This document shows positions 20,404 through 31,051 of a stretch of DNA of 64,000 bases, piece after piece. The notes beneath the pieces were generated by a model that was given only the letters and a program-made list of their open reading frames with translations, searched no databases and had not been told where the DNA came from. Position 1 is the stretch's first letter. The number at the start of each line of letters is the position of its first letter. The DNA is from Nitrospirales bacterium. Its GTDB lineage: Bacteria; Nitrospirota; Nitrospiria; Nitrospirales; UBA8639. Position numbers and translations under genes: made by a program. The stretch is from assembly GCA_963555755.3 (NCBI GenBank), contig OY820905.2:1536001-1600000 (forward strand). Direction: 5' to 3'.

Positions 20404-22410
20404 TCATGTCAGCGTACCTCCCATTTGTAATTCTTTTTGGCGCAATGCCCGAATTTTGTCACGCAACTTTGCCGCTCGTTCAAATTCCAGCGCCTTGGCG
20501 GCGGCTTTCATTTCCTTATCCAACTTCTCAATGGTCTTTTCCATTTCTGATTCGTCGCTATACACTTCTTCCTCTTCAGCTGCAATCCCAAAATCAAGAT
20601 AATCCGCCTCGGCAATTTGATATTCAAGATCGTAGATTCGCTTTTTAATCGTTTCAGGCGTAATGCCATGGGCGGTATTGTATTCAGATTGGATGGCCCG
20701 CCGACGTACGGTTTCATCAATCATCACCTGCATGGATTTGGTGATCGAATCTCCATAGAGAATCACTCTCCCTTCGCTATTCCGGGCAGCACGACCAGCA
20801 GTTTGAATCAACGCGCGGTGACCGCGAAGAAACCCTTCCTTATCCGCATCCAACACGCCAACCAACGCGACCTCAGGCAAATCCAAACCTTCTCGCAAGA
20901 GATTAATGCCTACCAGCACATCAAACGTGCCTCGTCGAAGATCCCGAATAATATCCGCTCGCTCCAGCGTCTTGATATCGGAGTGGAGATACCGAACCTT
21001 CAACCCCAGATCGTGATAGTATTCGGTCAGGTCTTCAGCCATGCGCTTAGTCAAGGTCGTCACCAACACACGAAAGCCTTTAGCAATCGTTGTCTTCACC
21101 TCATGTAAAAGATCATCCACTTGTCCCTTCGCGGGTTTGACTTCGGTCACCGGATCCATCAGGCCAGTGGGCCGAATAATTTGTTCCACCACATCACCCT
21201 GAGCATATTGTAATTCATACGGACCAGGTGTCGCCGATACATAGACGGCCTGCTTCACAAACCCTTCAAACTCTTTAAACGTGAGCGGACGATTATCCAA
21301 CGCCGAGGGAAGACGGAAACCATAGTCTACTAAATTCTTCTTGCGAGAACGGTCGCCTTCATACATTCCGCCAAATTGCGGAATCGTCGCATGCGCCTCA
21401 TCCACAATTAGCAAAAAGTCTTTGGGGAAGTAATCCAAGAGCGTCGGAGGCGATTCACCCGGCGCCCGCCCACTCAAATGCCGAGAATAGTTTTCGATAC
21501 CATGGCAATAGCCCATCGCACGAATCATCTCGAGATCAAACTTCGTGCGCTGTTCCACTCGCTGCGCTTCCAGCAATTGCCCATTGCGCTGAAAATAAAG
21601 AATCCGTTCTTCAAGTTCTTCTTCAATCCCTTGTAACGCATCGTGATACCGATCCGGCGCAATCACATAGTGACTCTTGGGATAGATGGGAATCTTGGAG
21701 AGCCGGCCAAGAGACTTGCCGGTCAAGGGATCGATTTCGGAAATCGAATCAACAGTATCGCCGAATAATTCCACGCGGATGGTATTCGAATCCGAGGCCG
21801 ACGGAAAAATTTCAATGACGTCACCACGCGCCCGAAACATACCCCGCTGCAACTCCACATCATTGCGGGAATATTGAATCTCCACCAACTTGGCCAGGAT
21901 CGCCTCACGCCGAATCTCCATGCCTACTTCGAGGTAGAGCAACATGCCATGGTAGACCTCCGGGGAGCCGAGGCCATAAATGCAGGACACCGACGCCACA
22001 ATAATAATATCGTCCCGCTCCAAGAGTGCCGACGTGGCTGCATGCCGCATCTGATCGATGGTGTCGTTAATCGCGGAGTCTTTGGCAATATAGGTATCGG
22101 TGGAAGGAATATAGGCTTCTGGCTGGTAATAGTCGTAATAACTCACGAAGTATTCCACCTTATTGTGCGGGAAAAAACTTTTGAACTCCTGATACAACTG
22201 CGCCGCCAGCGTTTTATTATGAACGACAACTAAGGTCGATTTCTGGACATTGGCAATCACGTTAGCCATCGTAAACGTCTTCCCCGACCCCGTGACCCCA
22301 AGCAACACTTGATGCTTCTTCGCAGAATTCACCCCTTCCGTCAGCGACGCAATCGCTGCCCCTTGATCCCCTTTTGGGGAGAATTCTGATTCTAAAATAA
22401 ATTGAGACAT
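20404..22410 (-). CDS. uvrB: Excinuclease ABC subunit B
   Basis: [35 protein letters not shown] motifs; C-terminal UVR domain. Confidence 0.98.
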   Translation of the reverse strand: MSQFILESEFSPKGDQGAAIASLTEGVNSAKKHQVLLGVTGSGKTFTMANVIANVQKSTLVVVHNKTLAAQLYQEFKSFFPHNKVEYFVSYYDYYQPEAYIPSTDTYIAKDSAINDTIDQMRHAATSALLERDDIIIVASVSCIYGLGSPEVYHGMLLYLEVGMEIRREAILAKLVEIQYSRNDVELQRGMFRARGDVIEIFPSASDSNTIRVELFGDTVDSISEIDPLTGKSLGRLSKIPIYPKSHYVIAPDRYHDALQGIEEELEERILYFQRNGQLLEAQRVEQRTKFDLEMIRAMGYCHGIENYSRHLSGRAPGESPPTLLDYFPKDFLLIVDEAHATIPQFGGMYEGDRSRKKNLVDYGFRLPSALDNRPLTFKEFEGFVKQAVYVSATPGPYELQYAQGDVVEQIIRPTGLMDPVTEVKPAKGQVDDLLHEVKTTIAKGFRVLVTTLTKRMAEDLTEYYHDLGLKVRYLHSDIKTLERADIIRDLRRGTFDVLVGINLLREGLDLPEVALVGVLDADKEGFLRGHRALIQTAGRAARNSEGRVILYGDSITKSMQVMIDETVRRRAIQSEYNTAHGITPETIKKRIYDLEYQIAEADYLDFGIAAEEEEVYSDESEMEKTIEKLDKEMKAAAKALEFERAAKLRDKIRALRQKELQMGGTLT

Positions 22411-22630
22411 GACAAACCCTTTGGAAGGTCATCCTAACATACGTGAGTCGGATTCGGTCTTTTTCCTTTCCAAGGCCTACTCCTCAGTAAGGTGCAGAAT
22501 GCGAAGCCAGCCGCGAAGACCCGACTCAAACGTCCATAAAGGTTCAAACCGAACTTGCTGAAGCGGTTCACGAAATAATCCACATCTGTATTTTCTGGCA
22601 TGGGCCGGAACGGCTCTTTGTACTACTCAA

Positions 22631-22771
22631 GGGTACCTCTACAAACCAGGCATTTTTTGTGAGGGCAAGGAAGCCGCGCGCGGAAAACCGGAGTGTATGG
22701 GCGAATACATGAGGATGTGAGCACGCGGCTGACGCCGCCATCACGGAAAAGGACGGTTTTTAGAGGTGCCC
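22631..22771. mobile_element. MITE family C copy (opposite orientation), flanked by TCAA/TCAA
   Basis: Reverse complement of 10718-10858; 4-bp flanking duplication. Confidence 0.88.
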
Positions 22772-23153
22772 TCAAATTCACCAAGTGAATTTTTAGACAT
22801 GTGGGGAAAATTTTTGCGGGACAATCCAAACACATTTGCACTCCGTCAGATTCTTGCCACTGTCTACGTTTTTGACAGAATTGTCTTATGCCCGCCACTA
22901 ATTCGTACCCAAAAGTTTTCCTATCAGGTTCAAAATCATGTTCAATACTTCATCAATCCAACCTCAGATTCTCTTTTAAAATTCGTACCTTAGAAACCCT
23001 GCTCGCATTCAATGTCAAATTTTGTCGTGAATATAAACGTCAAGATGGAAAAGGCTTATTCCCTATTGGCATCCAGATTGCCTTTATTTTTATTAGGAGA
23101 AATGCCGATAAGTAATAAATGAAAAAGAACCAAAGAAACCAAAGGAGGTTGTT

Positions 23154-23858
23154 ATGCCTCACCACACAGGTTTCACCAAGCGTTCCACCCGGCGATCGAA
23201 GACTCCAATCCTCGTCATCTTCTTGATCTGTGCCGGAATCTTCCTTTTCAGCATGCCCGCTCGCGGGGCTCCGACAAACACCCCACCCAAATTTCACCAA
23301 CTCGCCATCCCGATTCTAGGTGTCACATTCAATCAACAACACCATCTGGTTGGCATTGTCACTCATGTCGTGATCAACTTTGAAAAACGCCACGATCATG
23401 ATGGCCTCCAGCTTCGCTTCAGAGTTGATCCAGGTCGTTTCTCACCCTATGCCCAACAAGCTGTATCCACCGCAATCGCCCGCGCCTGCAAAGCCGCGAA
23501 CCTGCAAAACGACTCGTGGACGATTTATTTGACCTTTCCCTACCGCGGAATCACCATGTATGGAGATAGTTTATCCGCGATGGTGGGATTAAGTGTGGTA
23601 GCCATGGCCAAGGGCGAGGACATTATCTTTGGCCGATCCTTGACTGGCACGATTACGGAAGATGGGCATATCGGCACGGTGGGAGGGATTCCGTATAAAG
23701 TCCAGGCCGCCTATGCGGAACATATGAATCGAATCTTGATTCCTGAAGAACGGGCCACGGCAGATGACGAATGGCAGACCCCGTTCATGATGCAGGTTTC
23801 TCCGGTCAACACTCTGGACAAAGCGTACTATGGGTTAACCGGACACCGGTTGGAATGA
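23154..23858 (+). CDS. Exported/membrane-anchored stand-alone Lon (S16) proteolytic domain protein
   Basis: Signal-like N-terminus; GDSLSA (Ser) and TGTI...GTVGGIPYK (Lys) dyad motifs. Confidence 0.75.
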   Translation: MPHHTGFTKRSTRRSKTPILVIFLICAGIFLFSMPARGAPTNTPPKFHQLAIPILGVTFNQQHHLVGIVTHVVINFEKRHDHDGLQLRFRVDPGRFSPYAQQAVSTAIARACKAANLQNDSWTIYLTFPYRGITMYGDSLSAMVGLSVVAMAKGEDIIFGRSLTGTITEDGHIGTVGGIPYKVQAAYAEHMNRILIPEERATADDEWQTPFMMQVSPVNTLDKAYYGLTGHRLE

Positions 23859-24037
23859 GTGCAGTCGCTACGAGAACATTCTTCATTGGGGATCAGCGCA
23901 GAACTGTTGAAGGGAATGAACGACCCCGCCGCAACCAGCGGGATAGTGTGAGAAGAAAGAATCAAAAAATCCCCCTCACCCCCTTTTCCTAAGGGGGGAC
24001 ATCAATGGCACTCCGTCGCGAAGCGATAATCACAAGA

Positions 24038-24267
24038 TTAAAACAGCCCCACAATATTCCCGGTTTGATCGACGCCTACAGCTTCCGCAGCCGGGACTCT
24101 TGGTAGCCCTGGCATAGTCATAATATCGCCAGTCAGCACCACAATAAATTCAGCGCCCAGTGCCAATCAAATTTCCCGAACTGGAATTGTAAATCCAGTC
24201 GGCACTCCCTTTTCCGCGGGATCAGTCGAAAAACTGTATTGTGTCTTGGCCATGCAAACCGGAAAGT
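24038..24267 (-). pseudogene. fhs: fhs 3' exon with an in-frame TGA at 24167-24169
   Basis: [16 protein letters not shown]...[13 protein letters not shown]...MTMPGLP...GNIVGLF-stop. Confidence 0.88.
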
Positions 24268-26261
24268 GTAGGGTCGAGGACTGGCGCGCCAACGGTAGGG
24301 TTCGGTGGCTCCTCCACCCCTTTCGGAATGGGCCTCAGTCCGACTCCCCTGGTCACGGTTCCAGTCCCCGCCACCTCAAACCCGGCGTGCTGATTTCCAG
24401 CACCGGGCTTTCCTGGATGCTTCACCTCAAGGGTTATGTGACCTATCAGCCTGGAAGGACTTTCATGCCGACCCGTTGTACCGCACTCGGTAATCTCCAT
24501 ATAAGCCAAGTACCGTGTAGAGCCAAACCTTACTCCACCTCTTCCAGCCAAAACCTCGACGGTGGCGCACTCGCATCATGTGCCGCCGGACCTTCCGCTC
24601 CACCCAATCCTTCACGTAGGATAAACACCGACTCGCATGCCCAATCCGGAAGTAGTTCACCCAGCCCCGTACGATCGGATTGATCATGGCGATCATCCGT
24701 CCCACCGGCTGGGATTGCCCGCGTCGGAACACTTCCTTGAGCTTCCGCAGCAACGCGGTGCGCCGCTTCACCTTCGGTATGTACTGCGGGCGCCACACTC
24801 CACGCCGCGACCGCACACGCCGAAAGTCAAAGCCCAGAAAGCCGAAGCTGCCTCCCTGACTCAGGTCCACGATTCGGCTCTTCTCCTCATTCACCTGAAG
24901 GTCTAATTGGGCCAACGCCTCTCGCAGCTTCCGCTCCGCAACCTGCGCCAGTTGTGCGTGGCGGCGATAGCCATCCACTAACACGACGAGGTCATCCGCA
25001 AACCGGACATACTCGAGATACGTATACTGGCCCTGCCGGGTTGTCTCCTTCAGCTGCTCCAGCCTCTCATCCACTTCCGTGAGATAGAGGTTGGCCAGCA
25101 GCGGGGAAATCACACCCCCTTGAGGCACCCCACGCGGGCCGGACGCCTTGACGATGAGTTTCACCAGCCGCAGGATCGCGGGATCCTGGATGCGTCGGGC
25201 CACCTTCGCCAGCAGCCGGTCATGCCGCACCGTGTCGAAGAAGGCCGCCAGATCCACATCAATCACTCGCGTCTTGTTCTGCACCATCGCCTGAGCCACC
25301 CGGCCAATCGCCTGGTGGGCTGTCCGTTTCGGTCGATACCCATACGACCCATCACGAAAATCCGCCTCAAAGATCGGTTCCAGCAGGAGCTTGAGCGCTC
25401 CCTGTACCACGCGGTCCCGAATCGCGGGTATCCCTAAGACGCGGACTCGTCCACCGCCTTTCGAAATCTCCACGTGCCGGTTCCGCATCGGTCGGTAGGT
25501 CTGCGTGACCAGTTCGTCCCGTAGTCGTGCAAGAAAGGGCTCCACCCCCGTGGCCTCGATGCCAGCAAACGTCACCCCATCAATGCCGGGGGCTCCGTTG
25601 TTTTTCTTGGCCATCGAATAGGCCGCGCGTAGCGTCGCCTCTTTGCACACGTGGACGTACAGGCCCCACACCCGCCATCGCTTCTCAGCCTTCGCCTTGA
25701 CGTAGAGCCGCTGTCGCAGGTCTTGCAGTGTAATGGACGCCGTTGTCATCTCGTCCCTGCCTCCCATGTTGATCACAGCCTACAGCCAGTAGGGCTCCTT
25801 TGCTCCACAGGCATGACCCTGCTTCCTCGCTCCTACGAGCCCCTCCGCCACCCTCTCGTCTTCGGCTCACTTCCCAGAGAGCTGGTTATAGAGCCGATCT
25901 TCCTCCAGGGATTTCTCCCTGGGACGAGGAGGGCTTCTCCAGTTGCGTCGTCTGTCCTTGCTCCCGTGCTGTCGCTCTCACCCCGCCGGAGTGGCCAGGC
26001 GTCTCAGCCTTGGTTCGCCTGTCCATGCCGTCTTCGTCCTACGGACAGGGACTCGACCTCCGAGGTTTCATACTTTCGAGGCTACCTCTGCGTTCACTTG
26101 CGTTACGGCCCGGGAACTCGCTCACCATCCTCTACGATGGCTTTGTCGATGGGCTTCAGCGTCTCGGTTTCTCTCCACGCTGCCATCCAAGCTACAGGGC
26201 TCAGGCTCTTACCCTGGTGGGCTTGCTTCCCACTGAACAGTCTCGCCTTACCTGGACACAC
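24268..26261 (-). mobile_element. Group II intron inserted in fhs
   Basis: 5' GTGTGTCC; domain V-like GAAAGCCCGGTGCTGGAAATCAGCACGCCGGGTTTG; 3' end CCCTAC; removal restores the fhs frame ([12 protein letters not shown]). Confidence 0.92.
24463..25776 (-). CDS. ltrA: Group II intron reverse transcriptase/maturase (no En domain)
   Basis: APGIDG, RVLGIPAIRDRVVQ, GVPQGGVISPLLANLYL, YVRFADD, FLGF, GWVNYF motifs. Confidence 0.95.
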   Translation of the reverse strand: MINMGGRDEMTTASITLQDLRQRLYVKAKAEKRWRVWGLYVHVCKEATLRAAYSMAKKNNGAPGIDGVTFAGIEATGVEPFLARLRDELVTQTYRPMRNRHVEISKGGGRVRVLGIPAIRDRVVQGALKLLLEPIFEADFRDGSYGYRPKRTAHQAIGRVAQAMVQNKTRVIDVDLAAFFDTVRHDRLLAKVARRIQDPAILRLVKLIVKASGPRGVPQGGVISPLLANLYLTEVDERLEQLKETTRQGQYTYLEYVRFADDLVVLVDGYRRHAQLAQVAERKLREALAQLDLQVNEEKSRIVDLSQGGSFGFLGFDFRRVRSRRGVWRPQYIPKVKRRTALLRKLKEVFRRGQSQPVGRMIAMINPIVRGWVNYFRIGHASRCLSYVKDWVERKVRRHMMRVRHRRGFGWKRWSKVWLYTVLGLYGDYRVRYNGSA

Positions 26262-27717
26262 GTCCGTACCCCGCCTTTTCCAATTCCGCAAACTGCTTCA
26301 GAACAGCTTGAGGAATTTCGGCATCATCCGCCCCATAAATCTCTCGCGACACCGTCCGAACTTTTTCAGCAAGCGGCATTTCGTCGGGATACAACATGTG
26401 GAATTGCGCTGGCTCGGTGTCAATGGTCTTGACCACCAACTCTGCCAACGCGATGGCCCCTTCCCCGCCGTTGGCCCAATGATTAGCCAGTGCGACCTTC
26501 ACGTCCTGACCTCCACAAACTTTACAAACCAGGTCTAATTCCGCTTCAGTGTCACTCGTGAATTGGTTAATGGCCACAACCACCGGCACACCAAACTTTT
26601 TTAGATTGTCCAAGTGCCGTATCAAATTCGGCAGACCTTGCTTCAGCGCCTCAAGATTTTCCTTCCCAAGTTCTTTGGGATGGGCTCCGCCATGCAGTTT
26701 TAAGGCTTTTACCGTAGCCACCACGACGGCACAGGCCGGCTTCAAGCCTGCTCGACGGCATTTGATGTTAAAAAATTTCTCCGCACCAAGATCCGCACCA
26801 AACCCGGCTTCGGTGACCACATAGTCAGCCAATTTCAACGCGGCTTTCGTCGCGACCACCGAGTTGCACCCATGCGCAATATTGCCAAAGGGCCCACCAT
26901 GCACCAAGGCAGGGTTATGTTCCAATGTCTGTACCAAATTAGGATTGAGCGCATCTTTCAACAACGCAGTCATGGCACCTTGGGCCTTAATATCCTTGGC
27001 AAAGACAAATTCTTTTTTCGCAGTTCGTCCGACTTTGATATTCCCCAGCCGTCGTTGCAGATCCTGTACATCCGTTGCCAGACACAACACAGCCATGACT
27101 TCCGACGCAGCGGTAATCTCAAAGCGCCCGTCCCGCGCAAAGCCATTGGTCACCGCTCCAATCCCAGTCACGATATTTCGCAACGAACGATCGTTCATAT
27201 CCATGGTGCGTCGCCAGGTAATGCGCCTCGCGTCCAATAGCGGTTCATTCCCCCAATACAGGTGGTTATCCACCATCGCCGCCAACAAATTATGCGCGGA
27301 GGTGATAGCATGAAAGTCTCCGGTAAAGTGCAGATTAATGTCGCTCATCGGCACGACCTGCGCATAGCCTCCTCCACACGCACCGCCCTTCATGCCAAAA
27401 CATGGCCCGAGGCTGGGCTCTCGCAATGCCACCATGGCCTGTTTGCCCATCTTGGCCAGCCCATCGACCAGACCAATGGACGTCGTGGTTTTCCCTTCAC
27501 CAGCAATCGTGGGAGTCATCGCGGTCATCAATATCAAGTGCCCATCAGGTTTCTCGTGCAAGCTTTGGAGAAAGGACACAGGAATTTTCGCTTTATAGTT
27601 TCCATACAGTTCTAACAAAGCTCGATCGATCCCTAATTTATCCTGCGCCACCTGTTCGATGGGTTGCAGGACTGCCTTGTTGGCGATTTCAATATTGATA
27701 TGTGCTTGTTTCATCAC
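26262..27717 (-). CDS. fhs: Formate-tetrahydrofolate ligase, 5' exon
   Basis: [47 protein letters not shown] motifs. Confidence 0.95.
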
Positions 27718-27920
27718 GCGCCTTAATCAAAACCCGGTAGTGGGCAGAACGGTGTATTGGGGTTTATCCCCATCTGCACCAAATTGCTAAAAGAGCATAA
27801 CGCGTTCTCCAGCACTCCCACAACAAATGCCTGAGCACCCCTCCCCCCACAATGCATACTACCCTTCTTGCACAGGGTTTGGTATGTATGAACATCATTC
27901 CTCTTTTCCTGGAGATGTTC

Positions 27921-29426
27921 ATGCCCACTTGGTCGTTGGTTTTCAGCCTCTTCTTCATTGTGACGTTCGGATTCACCAGTGCGTCAATGGCCGATGCGTT
28001 TGAAGTTGGACAGACCATCACCCTCAAGGCGAAAAAACCCAAAGGCGTCCCTCTTCATCGTGAAGCCAAATCCAGTTACTGGAAACATGTGCCCCACGGC
28101 GTCAAAGGCACGATTCGCCACGTTGCCCAAACTGGGTGGCTGTATATTGCCTTAGAAACTGGAGAAAAAGCCTGGGTGAGCCCTAAGGGTTCGCACAAGA
28201 ATAACTTCCCCTGTTTGGGTGCTGAGACACCTGTCTGGCAAGGCGCGAGGACTGCGCATACTCCTGTATGGAAAGGACGAGCAACGCCGCCAGACGGGAT
28301 GGATCGACACCCAAACAGGGGAAGTTATTCTTGTGCGAACCCTAAGTACGTGGAGGAACCAAGCGCGCGCCCCGCCTCCACCAAAATCACGGTGGACACA
28401 CCTGATCCATCGCCAGAGTTTCACCGACCCGCTATGCATACAAGCTCCGCGCAGGAAGAAGCATTGGTCTGGAAATCTCCTGAACACTGCAGGGAAGTGG
28501 TCAAGGATGGTGGTCGTATGGCTGTTCATTCATCCGAGAAGCTCCGCATCGGCACATGGAATATCCGATGGTTTCCCTATGGACAGTCGCCTAATCGCTC
28601 AGGGAAAGATGACGAAACCAACGTACCCTGGCTTATCTGCACAATGGTATGGATGAACCTAGATGTCTTGGCTGTGGAAGAAAGCTTGGGCACACCAAAG
28701 GCCAAGCGGGCTTGGAAGACAGTGTTGGAATCTCTTGAACACACCACCGGAGATTCCTGGCAGTGGACCCCCCAACGGTGCGGAAACGTTGATAGCCACA
28801 AGATTGGGTTTGTATGGAATGCCAGGCGTGTAGAGTTGACGCAGGTGAAAAGCCTCTGGCCCTTCAACGTCAAAGCCCAGTCAGAGCGAAATCCATGTGA
28901 AGGAGGATTACGCCCCGGTCATTACGCATATGTTCAATCGCGTCAACAGCCAGGGGCAGATTTTCATCTCATCGCCCTGCATTTGAAATCCGGGCCGACG
29001 GTGTTTGCCCTCGAAGATCGCCACCGTGCCCTCAACCGCATTGATCAAACGGTCAGCCAGTTTACTTCGAAAGATCAAGACACGATCATCCTTGGCGATT
29101 TCAACACGATGGGGGCAGGAGACAATGCGTCCAAAAGATCTGAATTAAAATATGTGCGACGTATGGTCGCCAAAGAAATGCCCGGCTTTCGGGATCTTTC
29201 CCTTGCCCCACAATGCTCCCACTATTTTCGTGGACGCGGCGGGTGGCTCGATCATGTCCTGGTCAATAAAGGGATGGAAGAAGTACGCACACGGTCTGCC
29301 CGAGTCACAGGATATTGCGCAGTGGCCGAGTGCCGACGCATCAACGGCGACTACCCCTTAGCCTATCAACGATTATCCGATCATTGTCCCGTAGTCATCG
29401 AAATCGACAACCAAGACAAGGACTAA
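27921..29426 (+). CDS. Secreted SH3b-like + endonuclease/exonuclease/phosphatase domain protein containing an in-frame MITE
   Basis: Signal peptide; GTWNIRWF, HLKS, ILGDFN, LDHVLV, SDHCPV motifs. Confidence 0.88.
   Translation: MPTWSLVFSLFFIVTFGFTSASMADAFEVGQTITLKAKKPKGVPLHREAKSSYWKHVPHGVKGTIRHVAQTGWLYIALETGEKAWVSPKGSHKNNFPCLGAETPVWQGARTAHTPVWKGRATPPDGMDRHPNRGSYSCANPKYVEEPSARPASTKITVDTPDPSPEFHRPAMHTSSAQEEALVWKSPEHCREVVKDGGRMAVHSSEKLRIGTWNIRWFPYGQSPNRSGKDDETNVPWLICTMVWMNLDVLAVEESLGTPKAKRAWKTVLESLEHTTGDSWQWTPQRCGNVDSHKIGFVWNARRVELTQVKSLWPFNVKAQSERNPCEGGLRPGHYAYVQSRQQPGADFHLIALHLKSGPTVFALEDRHRALNRIDQTVSQFTSKDQDTIILGDFNTMGAGDNASKRSELKYVRRMVAKEMPGFRDLSLAPQCSHYFRGRGGWLDHVLVNKGMEEVRTRSARVTGYCAVAECRRINGDYPLAYQRLSDHCPVVIEIDNQDKD
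28187..28342. mobile_element. MITE family D copy (156 bp + TAA duplication) inserted in-frame
   Basis: TAA-GGGTTCGCACAAGAATAACTTCCCCTGTTTGGG...CCCAAACAGGGGAAGTTATTCTTGTGCGAACCC-TAA. Confidence 0.92.
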
Positions 29427-29433
29427 CGCAACG

Positions 29434-30024
29434 ATGTCAGCCCGTCAGATAATTCGATGCACCTGGGCCACGAATGAACACCTCAGCCAATACCATGATA
29501 CGGAATGGGGCGTGCCGCTGCATGACGACCGCCTATTGTTTGAATTTTTGATTCTTGAAGGCGCGCAGGCAGGATTAAGTTGGAACACCATTCTACAAAA
29601 ACGGGCGGCGTTCCGAGAAGCCTTTGATCACTTTGACGCCACACGTATAGCCAAGTACAACCAGCGAAAAGTTCAGCAATTATTACAGAACGCTGGCATC
29701 ATTCGAAATAGATTAAAAATCCATTCCGCCATTTCCAACGCCCAAGCCTTTCTTGTCCTCCAAAAGGAAGTTGGAAGCTTTGATGAGTATATTTGGCAAT
29801 TCGTCAAAGGTCGACCAATCCACAATCGATGGAAATCTCTAAAAGACGTGCCCGCCCACACAGCGGAATCCGACGCAATGAGCAAAGACCTCAAGCGACG
29901 AGGATTCTCCTTCGTCGGCACCACCATCTGCTACGCCCTCATGCAAGCCACAGGAATAGTCAACGATCACACGACAGATTGTTTTCGTTATCGAGCCATC
30001 AACAAACTCAAGTCCCATAGGTGA
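29434..30024 (+). CDS. tag: DNA-3-methyladenine glycosylase I
   Basis: RC.W, YHDTEWG, LEGAQAGLSW, IIRNRLKI, NDH..DCF motifs. Confidence 0.96.
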   Translation: MSARQIIRCTWATNEHLSQYHDTEWGVPLHDDRLLFEFLILEGAQAGLSWNTILQKRAAFREAFDHFDATRIAKYNQRKVQQLLQNAGIIRNRLKIHSAISNAQAFLVLQKEVGSFDEYIWQFVKGRPIHNRWKSLKDVPAHTAESDAMSKDLKRRGFSFVGTTICYALMQATGIVNDHTTDCFRYRAINKLKSHR

Positions 30025-30122
30025 CGACCTTGCCATTGCCATGTGTAAGTGAGGCTACCCCTTCGTCACAATAAGTCAATACTCATGCCTGACCCCAAGT
30101 CTAACCGATAATAGATTACCTT

Positions 30123-30515
30123 TTAAAATACTTCAATGATAGCTGCGTGGCCAGGAGAGTTACGAAGGCGGACATCACACGTGACTAAAGGGGCTTTGAG
30201 TGATTCGGCGAGAGCCACATACGCAGCATCATACGGCGTCATATTATCCCGAAGCTCCCAAAGGCGAGGAAGAAACATTTCATGAGCGTACCTGGTGAGG
30301 GGAAAAACTAATAAATCCTCAAGAGCCTGATCGGCGCGGGAAAGGGAGAGGATATCACGTTGCCAATACCGACGAAGGACATTGACCACTTCAAGATCTA
30401 ACAAATGAGGAGCATGTAAACTCTCGCCATCAATAAGACAACGCTGGTGAAGTTTCACTCCCTTCGGCGTAGCCAACAATTGTTCGACCATGGCCGAGGC
30501 ATCGACGACAATCAC
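30123..30515 (-). CDS. VapC-family PIN-domain toxin
   Basis: MIVVDASA, YDAAYVALAE, LVTCD motifs. Confidence 0.92.
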   Translation of the reverse strand: MIVVDASAMVEQLLATPKGVKLHQRCLIDGESLHAPHLLDLEVVNVLRRYWQRDILSLSRADQALEDLLVFPLTRYAHEMFLPRLWELRDNMTPYDAAYVALAESLKAPLVTCDVRLRNSPGHAAIIEVF

Positions 30516-30742
30516 CGTCGATCACGTTCCTTTCGGATAATATCCGCAGGTGGAACGGAAACGGAAATAGGATCCCGACGACGGAGACGCTCCAGCATTT
30601 CACTCGGTGTAGGTTTTTCCGCAAGATCTCGAATATGGGAGAGAAGATAATCCGACAAAGAACGTCCTTCCAAAGCAGCCCGAGCTTTAAGTTTACGATG
30701 CAGTTTTTCCGGGACATTCCGAAGTTGGATCATTTTAGACAT
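30512..30742 (-). CDS. FitA-like ribbon-helix-helix antitoxin
   Basis: IQLRNVPEKLHRKLKARAALEGRSLSDY. Confidence 0.9.
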   Translation of the reverse strand: MSKMIQLRNVPEKLHRKLKARAALEGRSLSDYLLSHIRDLAEKPTPSEMLERLRRRDPISVSVPPADIIRKERDRR

Positions 30743-31051
30743 GTGATTACCATACTTTCATGCTAAGCACATGTCAACAAAAAGCCCCCTAGGTCAGGGG
30801 CATGGGATCATTACGAGGTCAGGTTTTTCACGGTGTCAGGTCCTGACTTAATACCTTTTTCGCTCGCGCCAACCGGGGATCGCTTTCCAGAGTCTGGCTC
30901 AACTTTCCCACACATCGATTGATCCCACTGATGTGCCCCATCCCAAAATACGCGGCAATCTCCGCTAGCGGATAGCCACCCAGGTCCCGACAGAGGCAGA
31001 CTGCCAACCATCTGGCCTCATTTTTTCGCCCTCGCCCACGGACGGTTGAAT

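Noticed and set aside
22440..22620. Possible ncRNA upstream of uvrB (TGAGTCGG/CCGACTCA pairing)
   Set aside because: Only an 8-bp stem and no recognisable family motif
24167..24169. TGA in fhs as selenocysteine or a recoded codon
   Set aside because: The position is normally Arg (CGA>TGA), and TGA acts as a stop elsewhere in the window
24463..25776. RT as a retron or DGR component
   Set aside because: Maturase domain, domain V/VI and exact exon junctions identify a group II intron
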